The position numbers were made by a program, and so were the translations under genes. A stretch of 64,000 nt of DNA, from the IMG/VR virus record IMGVR_UViG_3300017914_003245, positions 13,471 to 77,470 of that record. One strand, 5' to 3'. This stretch comes from a virus (taxonomy: Duplodnaviria; Caudoviricetes). The notes below the pieces were generated by a model. That model was not told the DNA's origin. It made no database searches and saw nothing but the letters and a program-made list of their open reading frames with translations. Numbering within the stretch: the first letter of the stretch is position 1; each line of letters starts with the position of its first letter. Of this stretch, positions 51,361-59,781 are shown piece after piece.

Positions 51361-53185
51361 ATTGGAAGTATAATCTTAATCCATCCTCTTGAGTAACGTC
51401 AAAAAAGAAGTCTACATCAACCATGGTATTTCCATTCAAAGAATACTTATGCGATTGACTTCTTAATTGAGCCCTCGAAATGTCAAAGTTCATACCCTGA
51501 GAAACGTTTAAAGTGTTTTGTATTTCTTTGCTGGTCAAGTCGACTTCGGCAACAGAAAACTTTTTAAAATTTATACCATTCCACACGTTAACAAACTCCG
51601 ACTCATAGTAAAAGCTTGGTACATAATCAATACCAGGAACAGATCTTTTCTCAAACCTTCCATGAGAACGCCAATGCTCTTCTCCCCAATCAGATTTGCT
51701 TGTTCCCAACGGCAGAATATAATTTGTATAATGGTTAAGTAAGTCTTCATAACTATTTACATAAGCTTCATAATCAGGATTATACCCTGGATAAATATTA
51801 GGGTCATGACTTGATTGAACTAAGGGAATTCTTCCCCATTCAGAACCTCCCACACAAACATAAAAATAATTATCATCTTGAGAAACAAACCATTGACCTG
51901 GAATTCCGACTTTCTGTAAAACCTCTCTATGAAAAGCTACGCGCCTCCATATATTGTCAAAAACGGCAACATAATAAAATCCATCTATCACATAATCTGT
52001 ACCTTGAGAGCCAAGAACTCTTAATCCAACTCTATTTTGAACAACAATACTATACACATTAGCTTCTCCAAAAAAATCATCAATATTATTGTATTCAAAA
52101 TCTCTTAATATTAGAGACATAGAAAGATTTCCAGTGATGGGTAGTTGAAGTTTTCGGTCGAACACAAAATTACTACCCAATCCATATATAGATTGACGAC
52201 TTATATTTACATCTAGATCTATAGATTGTATTGCAGCATGTATAGAGTTTATTTTTGCACCACCCTGGCTACCACTTATTTTTGATATGTTAACTTTTAC
52301 ATCACCAGGTGTAATTGCAGAAATTTCTGGATCAAGGAATTCATCAAAAACAACTCCTGTATTTTCTAAATCATGACCAATGCCAGCCATGTATTCGCTG
52401 GATAAAATTAAATTTTCTTCTGACTTTTGATTATCTTTTCCAAGTTTTATTGACGGTAATCTTGGTCTAGACTGGGAATCGTACTCTGAAAAATTTATTG
52501 TGCTCCCCAAATATTTTAAAGAACCATTTGGAAAACCTCCAACTTTTGCGGTATAGCTCCATCCAACAAGAAATGCATTACCTATACCCACTACAGTATA
52601 TCCGTCGAAGTCGCTTTCTTTTGTGATAGAAGCAATATCTCTATGCTTATCTAAATTTGAGGCAACTACAAATATATTTATATCATCCTTGTCGTCCAGG
52701 CTATAAAAATTCTTAAATAAACTATATGTTTTTCCTACGTACAGATTTGAAGCGATTTCATTCTTGCCTTCGGCAAATAAATATTCAATAGAAAAAGCAA
52801 CATCTGGAGATCTAGTTACTGGGCTCTGAAAGCCTCTCGTTACAAATTTGTCGTACCCAACAGCTCTAACATCTTGACTTTGATTCACGAAACTATATTC
52901 TACAGACTGTACTCTAGTTGCATTAAAGTATTTTGTTTTTGAATCGAGTTGTGATATTGCCTCAAGATTTTCGGGGAGAGGGGGAAGGTTATCAACATTA
53001 TCTTCTGAAGAATATCCTGAAGACAAAATGTTCCCATACTCATCGAACAAAGCAAAGCTGCCTGCATAAAAATCAAAATATGTAGGAAAATCACCTTGCT
53101 CAATGGGTTTTTTATATGCAGGAGAATCGGATAATAAAACCCCAACCCGTTCATGAGTCAACCTTGTGATTATTCCTTGTGCCAT
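51359..53185 (-). CDS. Tail tube paralog with inserted modules
   Basis: RVQSVEYSF, PGDVKVNI and AIQSIDLDVNISRQ match 49893-51311. Confidence 0.6.
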   Translation of the reverse strand: MAQGIITRLTHERVGVLLSDSPAYKKPIEQGDFPTYFDFYAGSFALFDEYGNILSSGYSSEDNVDNLPPLPENLEAISQLDSKTKYFNATRVQSVEYSFVNQSQDVRAVGYDKFVTRGFQSPVTRSPDVAFSIEYLFAEGKNEIASNLYVGKTYSLFKNFYSLDDKDDINIFVVASNLDKHRDIASITKESDFDGYTVVGIGNAFLVGWSYTAKVGGFPNGSLKYLGSTINFSEYDSQSRPRLPSIKLGKDNQKSEENLILSSEYMAGIGHDLENTGVVFDEFLDPEISAITPGDVKVNISKISGSQGGAKINSIHAAIQSIDLDVNISRQSIYGLGSNFVFDRKLQLPITGNLSMSLILRDFEYNNIDDFFGEANVYSIVVQNRVGLRVLGSQGTDYVIDGFYYVAVFDNIWRRVAFHREVLQKVGIPGQWFVSQDDNYFYVCVGGSEWGRIPLVQSSHDPNIYPGYNPDYEAYVNSYEDLLNHYTNYILPLGTSKSDWGEEHWRSHGRFEKRSVPGIDYVPSFYYESEFVNVWNGINFKKFSVAEVDLTSKEIQNTLNVSQGMNFDISRAQLRSQSHKYSLNGNTMVDVDFFFDVTQEDGLRLYFQ

Positions 53186-53193
53186 AAATCATA

Positions 53194-53220
53194 TTACACT
53201 ATTTCTTGCGTTTAGTGTAA
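53194..53220. promoter_or_regulatory. Back-to-back AGTGTAA motifs (8-bp inverted repeat), candidate divergent late promoters
   Basis: TTACACTA (53194-53201), 11-nt spacer, TAGTGTAA (53213-53220), between divergent structural genes. Confidence 0.55.
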
Positions 53221-53234
53221 TAAACATTTGAGCC

Positions 53235-54917
53235 ATGCCCAATCAAAAAATATCAGAACTACCAGAGAGCGAACCCTTGTATGCAAGTCGCATCACTGCA
53301 AATAAAGAATATAAAGAAGAGTTGCTAGAAGAAGAAAAGGCGGAGCTTCAACAATTATATCTTGAAGATCAAAAAAAATACCAAGATTTGTCCTCTCTTC
53401 AATTTGATGAAGCTTCTATAGAATCTGACATATCAAGTCTTCAGGTTGATAGGGCAATTTTAGAAATCGCAATAGATGGATTCATCCCCACAGAAGAAGA
53501 GCAGGCAGAATTAGATCAAATATATAGCGATATAGATTCCCTTACCGCAGAAGACATTAATATAGAATATGACATATCAAGCTTGCAAGCAACCCACGTA
53601 GATACTCACGAAGAAATTGCTGAGCTAGAACTTAAAACCGCAGACAGGCATTACCTACTTATTGCTAGAGAAAATTTTAGAAACGAAAAAATTAGTTTTG
53701 CAAATTTACATAGATCTGTTTTGACAGATGCAGTTTACTTAAAGTCCGATCAATATATTCGTGGAGAAAAAATATTTCAAAGTCCATGCACAATCAAAAA
53801 GAAAGCTAACGTCACAGAATTAAAAGATTTAACCTCTGACGGGACTATCAGCGGTAATATATTTTGGGGGCAAACAGGTTATTATAAAGACAGTGTATCT
53901 AATTTTCCTGATACTTTTTTAGAATCTAATGTAGTTGATTCAAGTTTATTTGAGAAAGACTTTTATTTAAGCGGCTCTATGAATCTGTCGGAAGATTTAT
54001 ACAAGAATCAATCTTTTAAAATTCAACAGATTTACTCAAGCCAAGATTCACATTTTACATCTTTAATTTCTGGATCAAGCGATCTCCACGCAAACAATAT
54101 TGTTGTCATGGGAGATTCGGCAGTTCGAGAAAACCTTGATTGCTTAAATGATATCTATATAGAAAAAGATATTATTTTTCCAAACAACAAAATTATAGAA
54201 ATAACTAACGATATTAATTTTATAGATAATAATTCAATAAAATTAAAAGTTTCAGATTCGGCAAGTTCGTTTAAAGATGACCTATATATCTTTAATTCAA
54301 CGATTAACAAAGCAGGCACACTTTCGGATATCCAGACACAAGGCTCTCTGAATGCTCTAGGAAATTCATATATAGAAAAAATATACAGCAAATATAACAA
54401 CGAATATAAACCAATTACAGCGGGCGCAGACGAATCAATTCAATTCCGAACTCAAGTCTTACCAAACCAACAGCAGCAAAAAATTTATTTACCAAAAACT
54501 TTTCATAGCACCCCAGTAGTTCATTGTACTTTAGAAAACTCCGACGGTTCAGTAGATTTTGCCCTGATGCGAGTTGACAAATCTTTTATTGAAATTAAGC
54601 TGAGCTCGGTAACGACCTCAAACAACTTATATATCAATATTCTTGCATGCTCTCCTTCAGAATATTCTCCAAACAAAGATTCTATTGTTAGGTTTACTAC
54701 TCCATTATATGCTACAAATTATTTTCTTGTAGGATTCCCTCAGCCTCAAGAAGAGATGCCTGTTTTATTAAATCAGCTAGAGTCAGATATAATTACAGAA
54801 CATGTAATATCTAGTGTAACTAAATCAGGGTTTGCAATTAGATTTGCAGATGTTTTACCCGCTCAATCAAAACTTCATACAATTTTAACAGTTCCCCAAA
54901 AACAAAAACTCAACTAA
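53235..54917 (+). CDS. Fibre-like virion protein with C-terminal lectin-like repeats
   Basis: MPNQKISELP start, acidic coiled-coil insert, LPKTF..P.V repeats. Confidence 0.55.
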   Translation: MPNQKISELPESEPLYASRITANKEYKEELLEEEKAELQQLYLEDQKKYQDLSSLQFDEASIESDISSLQVDRAILEIAIDGFIPTEEEQAELDQIYSDIDSLTAEDINIEYDISSLQATHVDTHEEIAELELKTADRHYLLIARENFRNEKISFANLHRSVLTDAVYLKSDQYIRGEKIFQSPCTIKKKANVTELKDLTSDGTISGNIFWGQTGYYKDSVSNFPDTFLESNVVDSSLFEKDFYLSGSMNLSEDLYKNQSFKIQQIYSSQDSHFTSLISGSSDLHANNIVVMGDSAVRENLDCLNDIYIEKDIIFPNNKIIEITNDINFIDNNSIKLKVSDSASSFKDDLYIFNSTINKAGTLSDIQTQGSLNALGNSYIEKIYSKYNNEYKPITAGADESIQFRTQVLPNQQQQKIYLPKTFHSTPVVHCTLENSDGSVDFALMRVDKSFIEIKLSSVTTSNNLYINILACSPSEYSPNKDSIVRFTTPLYATNYFLVGFPQPQEEMPVLLNQLESDIITEHVISSVTKSGFAIRFADVLPAQSKLHTILTVPQKQKLN

Positions 54918-54918
54918 T

Positions 54919-56337
54919 ATGGCAAAAGATAATAGAGTATCATCGATGACAGAAGTTACAGGTCTTTATGCAGACATTGATAACTTGATTCCTCTTGGAG
55001 AGCCACCAATAGGAGTTCCCTCCGATGAAGATGCATTGTTTTTAATTGCAAAGTCTGGAGTAGAAAACCAAAAAATTACTTTCAAAAACCTTAAAGGCTC
55101 TATTCTAGGAAACAGCGTTTTATTAACTGGGAATCAAACAATTAGCGGAGAAAAAACTTTTGCAGATGTTTGTACGTTTGAAGATACTGTTTTCTTACAT
55201 GAAGTTATTGATACTACAGTAGAAGGAGACATTAGCGGTTATGTTTTTCAAGGCAATTCAGCGGCATTTATTCAACTAGGTGTTGGAGAAAAATTTGCGA
55301 ATCAGACTTCTGCCATAGAATATGGATTACAAGTAGAAGAAGACGTTTTAATTAGTGGCGACTTGACAGTTCAAGGTCAAACAGAATTAGAAGGAGATTT
55401 AAAACTTCGCAATCTTGAAGTCACAGGAGATTTATATGTAGAAGGTTCTGGAGATTTTGGTGGAAATATTCACGTAGGGGATACGCTCTATACTCAAAAC
55501 GATGCATACATTTCTGGAAGCGGAGTCATCAACTCAGATCTATACGTTTCTGGCAATTTAAATGTAGACAATATAATCTACAACAATCAAAATAATAATG
55601 TCAAAATTGACTTCAGTAATGACGGACTAAATCTAACAACAGAAAAATCTTCAATAGATATAAAAGATGAAGAAATAAAATTCATTTCAAATAATGAAGA
55701 AGCATTAAAAATCAATTCTGAAGGAAAAATTTTAATTAAATCAGACGATGCTCTGGGAGACATTAACGTCAGCGGAGATGCATATATCGAAAATCTTTAC
55801 TCTCAAAGTTCCGATGGATCTTGGACTAAAATCTTCCCAGAAACACAGGATCAATCTGTTTATTTTTCTACGCCATTACGCAGAGGCCGCGAAGATCAAT
55901 TAATTGAACTACCAAAAACTTTTGGCTCTATTCCAAATATTCAAAATTCGGTGGAAATTCTCAATGAAGCAGAACCAATTTCAATTAATTTTTCTGGAGT
56001 AAATGAAAATTCTTTTACAGTTTTCTTTGATAGAGCTTTAAATACCAATGATTATATTTTGCACACTCAAGCATCAGTTGGAGGCTCAACTTCTGTCAAT
56101 CAAACAACTACCCAATCATTTGCATCTTCAATTGTCGCAGGGTTAAACTCTTACAATATTTCCTACCCAGAAGCTTTTTCATCAAAACCTTCGGTTTCGG
56201 TAAATTTAGAAATTATTGGAGGCAACGCAGACTTCGAACCTTTTGGTGTTTCAAATATTTCTGAAACTTCTTTTGACTTAGTTTTCGCTTCGGCTACAAC
56301 ACAAGAATATAAAGTTCACGTTTTTGCATCAAGATAA
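54919..56337 (+). CDS. Fibre-like virion protein, paralog of 53235-54917
   Basis: Shares FLIA...N.KI.F.NL..S.L...GEK.F and LPKTF/YPEAF repeats. VxGD beta-helix-like repeats. Confidence 0.55.
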   Translation: MAKDNRVSSMTEVTGLYADIDNLIPLGEPPIGVPSDEDALFLIAKSGVENQKITFKNLKGSILGNSVLLTGNQTISGEKTFADVCTFEDTVFLHEVIDTTVEGDISGYVFQGNSAAFIQLGVGEKFANQTSAIEYGLQVEEDVLISGDLTVQGQTELEGDLKLRNLEVTGDLYVEGSGDFGGNIHVGDTLYTQNDAYISGSGVINSDLYVSGNLNVDNIIYNNQNNNVKIDFSNDGLNLTTEKSSIDIKDEEIKFISNNEEALKINSEGKILIKSDDALGDINVSGDAYIENLYSQSSDGSWTKIFPETQDQSVYFSTPLRRGREDQLIELPKTFGSIPNIQNSVEILNEAEPISINFSGVNENSFTVFFDRALNTNDYILHTQASVGGSTSVNQTTTQSFASSIVAGLNSYNISYPEAFSSKPSVSVNLEIIGGNADFEPFGVSNISETSFDLVFASATTQEYKVHVFASR

Positions 56338-56340
56338 GTC

Positions 56341-56369
56341 TTGACAAAGCTTTAGCTATCTGGTATAGT
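56341..56369 (+). promoter_or_regulatory. Sigma-70 promoter TTGACA-17-TATAGT with extended -10
   Basis: TTGACA 56341-56346, TG-G-TATAGT ending at 56369, ATG at 56376. Confidence 0.8.
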
Positions 56370-56375
56370 TAAAGC

Positions 56376-56915
56376 ATGACAAATCTATTATACAGAACTA
56401 AATGTTATTTGGTTGGTCATATGCAATATGTTTCAGGAAGAAACTGGAGAGAGCATGTGACAGAAAAGCTAGACCCACTAAATATCACTTGCTTTGACCC
56501 TTATAAAAAACCTTTTCTTAAAGACGTAGAAGAAGATGAAGCTTCTCGCCAAGAAATGGAAACCTGGATGCGAACAAAACAATATGATAGGGTTACAGAA
56601 AGAATGAAAACTGTACGGGCATATGATTTAAATTTGGTTGACCGTAGCGACTTTATTATTGCTCACTTAGTTCCCGAAGTTGCGAGTTGGGGCAGTGCAG
56701 AAGAAATTGTTACGGCAGTAAGAGAGAAAAAACCTGTATTCGTAAGCATGGAGGGAGGCAAAACAAAGACTCCTCTATGGATGCTGGGTATGTTTCCCCA
56801 TAAATACATTTACAATAGTGTTGACGAGATCATTGAAATGTTGTATGCTATTGATGATGGAAACAAACCTATTGACTCAGATCGCTGGAGATTACTAAGA
56901 AAGGAATTTAGATGA
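56376..56915 (+). CDS. Nucleoside 2-deoxyribosyltransferase / NMP hydrolase-like protein
   Basis: YLVG, WR, FDP, DLNLVDRSDFIIA, WGSAEE...A...KKPV. Confidence 0.72.
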   Translation: MTNLLYRTKCYLVGHMQYVSGRNWREHVTEKLDPLNITCFDPYKKPFLKDVEEDEASRQEMETWMRTKQYDRVTERMKTVRAYDLNLVDRSDFIIAHLVPEVASWGSAEEIVTAVREKKPVFVSMEGGKTKTPLWMLGMFPHKYIYNSVDEIIEMLYAIDDGNKPIDSDRWRLLRKEFR

Positions 56916-57031
56916 TAGAAGTATTGGCAAGTTCATACGAATTATTCTTAGGAGACTTTTTATTTTTCGGGGTTCTTGGAGCTTTAGCTTGGGCCCGTAA
57001 AAAGAAAGAAGAAGAAGACTTTTATGGATAA
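56912..57031 (+). CDS. 39-aa membrane peptide (below ORF-track cutoff)
   Basis: MIEVLASSYELFLGDFLFFGVLGALAWARKKKEEEDFYG. Overlaps both neighbours. Confidence 0.55.
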   Translation: MIEVLASSYELFLGDFLFFGVLGALAWARKKKEEEDFYG

Positions 57032-57524
57032 CGAAATTAAAATACTTCCACTTAGCACCAGTGACGAAAATGAAATATTAAGGATAATTTTTGCCTGCTT
57101 AAAAGCGCAGGATATTATTTCTACATTTGGAAAGCTGAAGGCCAATTACAAAAACTGTCAAGCGTTTTATACATGCGAAATACTTCCTCTAATTAAAGAT
57201 CAAAATCCCTGTATACAACTTTCACAAAACAACCAAATGATTGGCTTAACTTGCTGTTCTACTGCCATGAACAAAATTTACGATTTTGACTGCCCAACTG
57301 CACTTGGAGTCGTTACGTTAATTGATCCAGCAAAAAGAAATCTAGGGTTTGGGAGTCTCCTTAGATTATCATTAAGAGAAGAGCTTAAAAAAAGAAAAAT
57401 AGAAAAATTTATTTTCGGAATTCACGCAGACAACAACGCATCATTAATGAATTCAAAGAAAATCTCCGCACAAATTGAAAAAGACGCAAAGATAACATCT
57501 TATCAATTCGAAACTTATGCTTGA
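57024..57524 (+). CDS. GNAT family acetyltransferase
   Basis: Acetyl-CoA motif A, IDPAKRNLGFGSLL, followed by GIHADNNASL. Confidence 0.7.
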   Translation: MDNEIKILPLSTSDENEILRIIFACLKAQDIISTFGKLKANYKNCQAFYTCEILPLIKDQNPCIQLSQNNQMIGLTCCSTAMNKIYDFDCPTALGVVTLIDPAKRNLGFGSLLRLSLREELKKRKIEKFIFGIHADNNASLMNSKKISAQIEKDAKITSYQFETYA

Positions 57525-58155
57525 AGAAATAATTTATTATTTAACTAACAAAAAAAATTTTACGAACAAACAACAAGAATTGTTTGGTGCGCTATGTAAC
57601 GTCTTTATAGAATTCCCAATAGACAATGAACCCCCAAGCTCTGCAGTAGTGTCGCTGGCTGCCAACTCTGGAGCTGCATTACCTAATGCCCTAGCTGCAG
57701 GCCTATCCTGCATAAGTAGCCAGCATTTACCTATTGAGCAAATCGCTCTATTCATCAGCGAAAACCACAGAAAAAGTGTCGCAGAAGTTCTTGCGGAAAA
57801 TTCTAAAAGTAAAATACCAGGGTTTGGGCACCCATCGATAAAAGGAATTGATCAAAGAGTAACTTATTTGCTAGAAAACTTTTCGCATTTAAAATGTGAT
57901 CATACAAATTTTTGCATTGATCTAGAGAAATGCATGCCTGTCCCCATGAACATTGGTTGCGCAATCGCAGCGCTTTCATTAGATAATGGTATTGATCCAG
58001 AAAATTGCTTATTTCTTCCCCTGATAGGAAGAATGTTCGGATGGCTCAAGCTTTACAACAAAACAAAACACAAATTCAATAAAGTGGTCCCCTCTTTTGA
58101 AAGCGTAAAAAATGAAAATAGAGAAAATAATCAATCAATCCCTAACGCAGAATAA
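57517..58155 (+). CDS. Short citrate synthase / citryl-CoA lyase-like protein
   Basis: AANSGAALPNALAAGL, KIPGFGHP, MNIGCAIAAL, FLPLIGRMFGW. Confidence 0.75.
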   Translation: MLEEIIYYLTNKKNFTNKQQELFGALCNVFIEFPIDNEPPSSAVVSLAANSGAALPNALAAGLSCISSQHLPIEQIALFISENHRKSVAEVLAENSKSKIPGFGHPSIKGIDQRVTYLLENFSHLKCDHTNFCIDLEKCMPVPMNIGCAIAALSLDNGIDPENCLFLPLIGRMFGWLKLYNKTKHKFNKVVPSFESVKNENRENNQSIPNAE

Positions 58156-58915
58156 AAATAACTTAGAATTTATAGAAAAATCGCTTTCTCTAAGAGAGGA
58201 TAATCAAATAATTGATGGTCTAGGAATCAATTATTCAAAAAAAAATATTTTAACTATAAAGCTTTACGTAAAAATAGTTAATCCTTATCCAATTATCAAT
58301 TCCCGGTTTGAGCAGTTTTTCTTTAAAGGAGCAAATTTTCTTCATCATGGAAAAAAACTTTTGTTAAATTCGCAACTTCCTCGGAACACAAACAGATCAA
58401 TAGGCTTGTCAGGAGTAGCTCTATCATTTAGGCACCACACAACAAATAATTCTTACTCTAGCGCAATATCAGGTTTAAAAATTAATAAATTAATTAATTA
58501 CAATAACTCGGTAGACAAATCAATTTCAGGCGTATCACATCATAGGTATTATTATATTTTTAATAAATTCTTAAAAAATTTATTCTTACAATCTTGTAAA
58601 ATAAATCTGCCAATAAATAAACATGGACTAGAAATATATTTCACCGGAGAAGGATTAAATAAAAACAAACACATATCCCCCAGTTTATGTTTCACAATAT
58701 ATCCTGTTTTCGGTAAAGATATTAAGAGCGACTTAGTGGAAAATTTTAAAAATCTTCAAAAATATGAACCGTGGGTCATAGAAAAAGATATTATAGACTC
58801 AGTCAAGCTTTATAATCCAAGAATGGTTCCTATGACAAAAGGCTATCAAGTAAATAAACTAAGCCGTAAAATTTATTTTTCCTGCTTGTCTTATAATTTC
58901 TCATCTTTTCTTTAA
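58112..58915 (+). CDS. Hypothetical protein, possible ABBA prenyltransferase-like barrel
   Basis: Repeated G.xY...KxY strands: GLGINY..IKLY and KGYQ..RKIYF. Confidence 0.3.
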   Translation: MKIEKIINQSLTQNKNNLEFIEKSLSLREDNQIIDGLGINYSKKNILTIKLYVKIVNPYPIINSRFEQFFFKGANFLHHGKKLLLNSQLPRNTNRSIGLSGVALSFRHHTTNNSYSSAISGLKINKLINYNNSVDKSISGVSHHRYYYIFNKFLKNLFLQSCKINLPINKHGLEIYFTGEGLNKNKHISPSLCFTIYPVFGKDIKSDLVENFKNLQKYEPWVIEKDIIDSVKLYNPRMVPMTKGYQVNKLSRKIYFSCLSYNFSSFL

Positions 58916-58923
58916 ATTAATTC

Positions 58924-58952
58924 TTGACATTCATTTGAAATTATACTATAAT
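58924..58952 (+). promoter_or_regulatory. Perfect sigma-70 promoter TTGACA-17-TATAAT
   Basis: TTGACA 58924-58929, TATAAT 58947-58952, ATG at 58959. Confidence 0.88.
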
Positions 58953-58958
58953 CATTCC

Positions 58959-59135
58959 ATGAACAGCAAAGTATCAAAACAAATTAGAGAAATATTAAAC
59001 TACGATCCAAATTGTAGTGATGCAACAAGCAAGCGAGTATATTCTCGCGCCAAAAAACAATACAACAAACTTAGCAAAGGTGCAAAACCTTTATTTATAC
59101 AAGAACTTAAAAATTTATATAACAAATCAAATTAA
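58959..59135 (+). CDS. Small basic hypothetical protein (start corrected to 58959)
   Basis: The TTG start at 58935 in the ORF track lies inside the promoter. Confidence 0.6.
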   Translation: MNSKVSKQIREILNYDPNCSDATSKRVYSRAKKQYNKLSKGAKPLFIQELKNLYNKSN

Positions 59136-59137
59136 TT

Positions 59138-59476
59138 ATGAGTAATCAAACGCAAGAAAAGCAAGAATCAAAGTGGCGCAGCAGAGAGCTTGGAGCTCTA
59201 TGGGTGCGAAGTGGCAAAAACCAAAAGTATTTGTCTGGAAGTATCAACATCGAAACAATGCCTGGAGTTACAGAAAACATCAAGGTAGTTGTTTTTACAA
59301 ATAAAAACAGAGAGAAGAACGAAAAAGCTCCTGATTATGTTCTTTATCGATCAGAAGATCAAGAGCAAAAAGCAGACCTAGAAACTGCAGCTGCTCAAGC
59401 AGCTCAAGAAGTTGCATCCAAAAGCTCGCAGCCTTCTGCAGAGAAGGATTCAGATATCCCTGAGGAATTATTTTAA
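59138..59476 (+). CDS. DUF736-like protein
   Basis: ELGALW...KYLSGSI...N...EKAPDY. Confidence 0.65.
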   Translation: MSNQTQEKQESKWRSRELGALWVRSGKNQKYLSGSINIETMPGVTENIKVVVFTNKNREKNEKAPDYVLYRSEDQEQKADLETAAAQAAQEVASKSSQPSAEKDSDIPEELF

Positions 59477-59482
59477 TTTATT

Positions 59483-59698
59483 ATGAGTAATATCTTATCA
59501 AACTTATCGAGTACTGGCGAAAAGCAATTTTGGCACAGTAAAAAGTTTTGGGCAGCAGCGGTAGCTGTTGCAGTTCCTATCTTGAATCATTTTTTCAAGC
59601 TGGGTCTTACACAAGAAGTTGTTGTTCAAGTTGTTGGACCAATTTCTGCTTATATTCTTGGTCAAGGTCTTGCTGATCTAGGCAAGAACAAGAGTTAA
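59483..59698 (+). CDS. Holin-like small membrane protein
   Basis: SKKFWAAAV and two hydrophobic helices ending AYILGQGLAD. Confidence 0.55.
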   Translation: MSNILSNLSSTGEKQFWHSKKFWAAAVAVAVPILNHFFKLGLTQEVVVQVVGPISAYILGQGLADLGKNKS

Positions 59699-59781
59699 CT
59701 GTTCTTTGAATTTTGAAATATAGATTTCAGCCCATTAATGATTCTCTAAATCATTTCATGATGTTAATCTATATTTTATAT

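Noticed and set aside
11222-54819. Intragenic AGTGTAA copies at 11222-11228 and 54813-54819
   Set aside because: They lie inside coding sequence and are compatible with chance, so they were not counted as promoters.
1756-55000. Many 60-126 aa ORFs antisense or out of frame within long genes (e.g. 1756-2025, 11625-12005, 39931-40239, 50631-50945)
   Set aside because: They are shadow ORFs inside well-supported genes, with biased composition and no motifs or start signals.
57517-58155. Calling the gene gltA (a TCA auxiliary metabolic gene)
   Set aside because: The protein is too short and the catalytic Asp appears to be absent.
59724-59760. Small AATGATT/AATCATT inverted repeat upstream of the tmRNA
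   Set aside because: It is an AT-only weak stem with no U-tract, which is too little to call a terminator.
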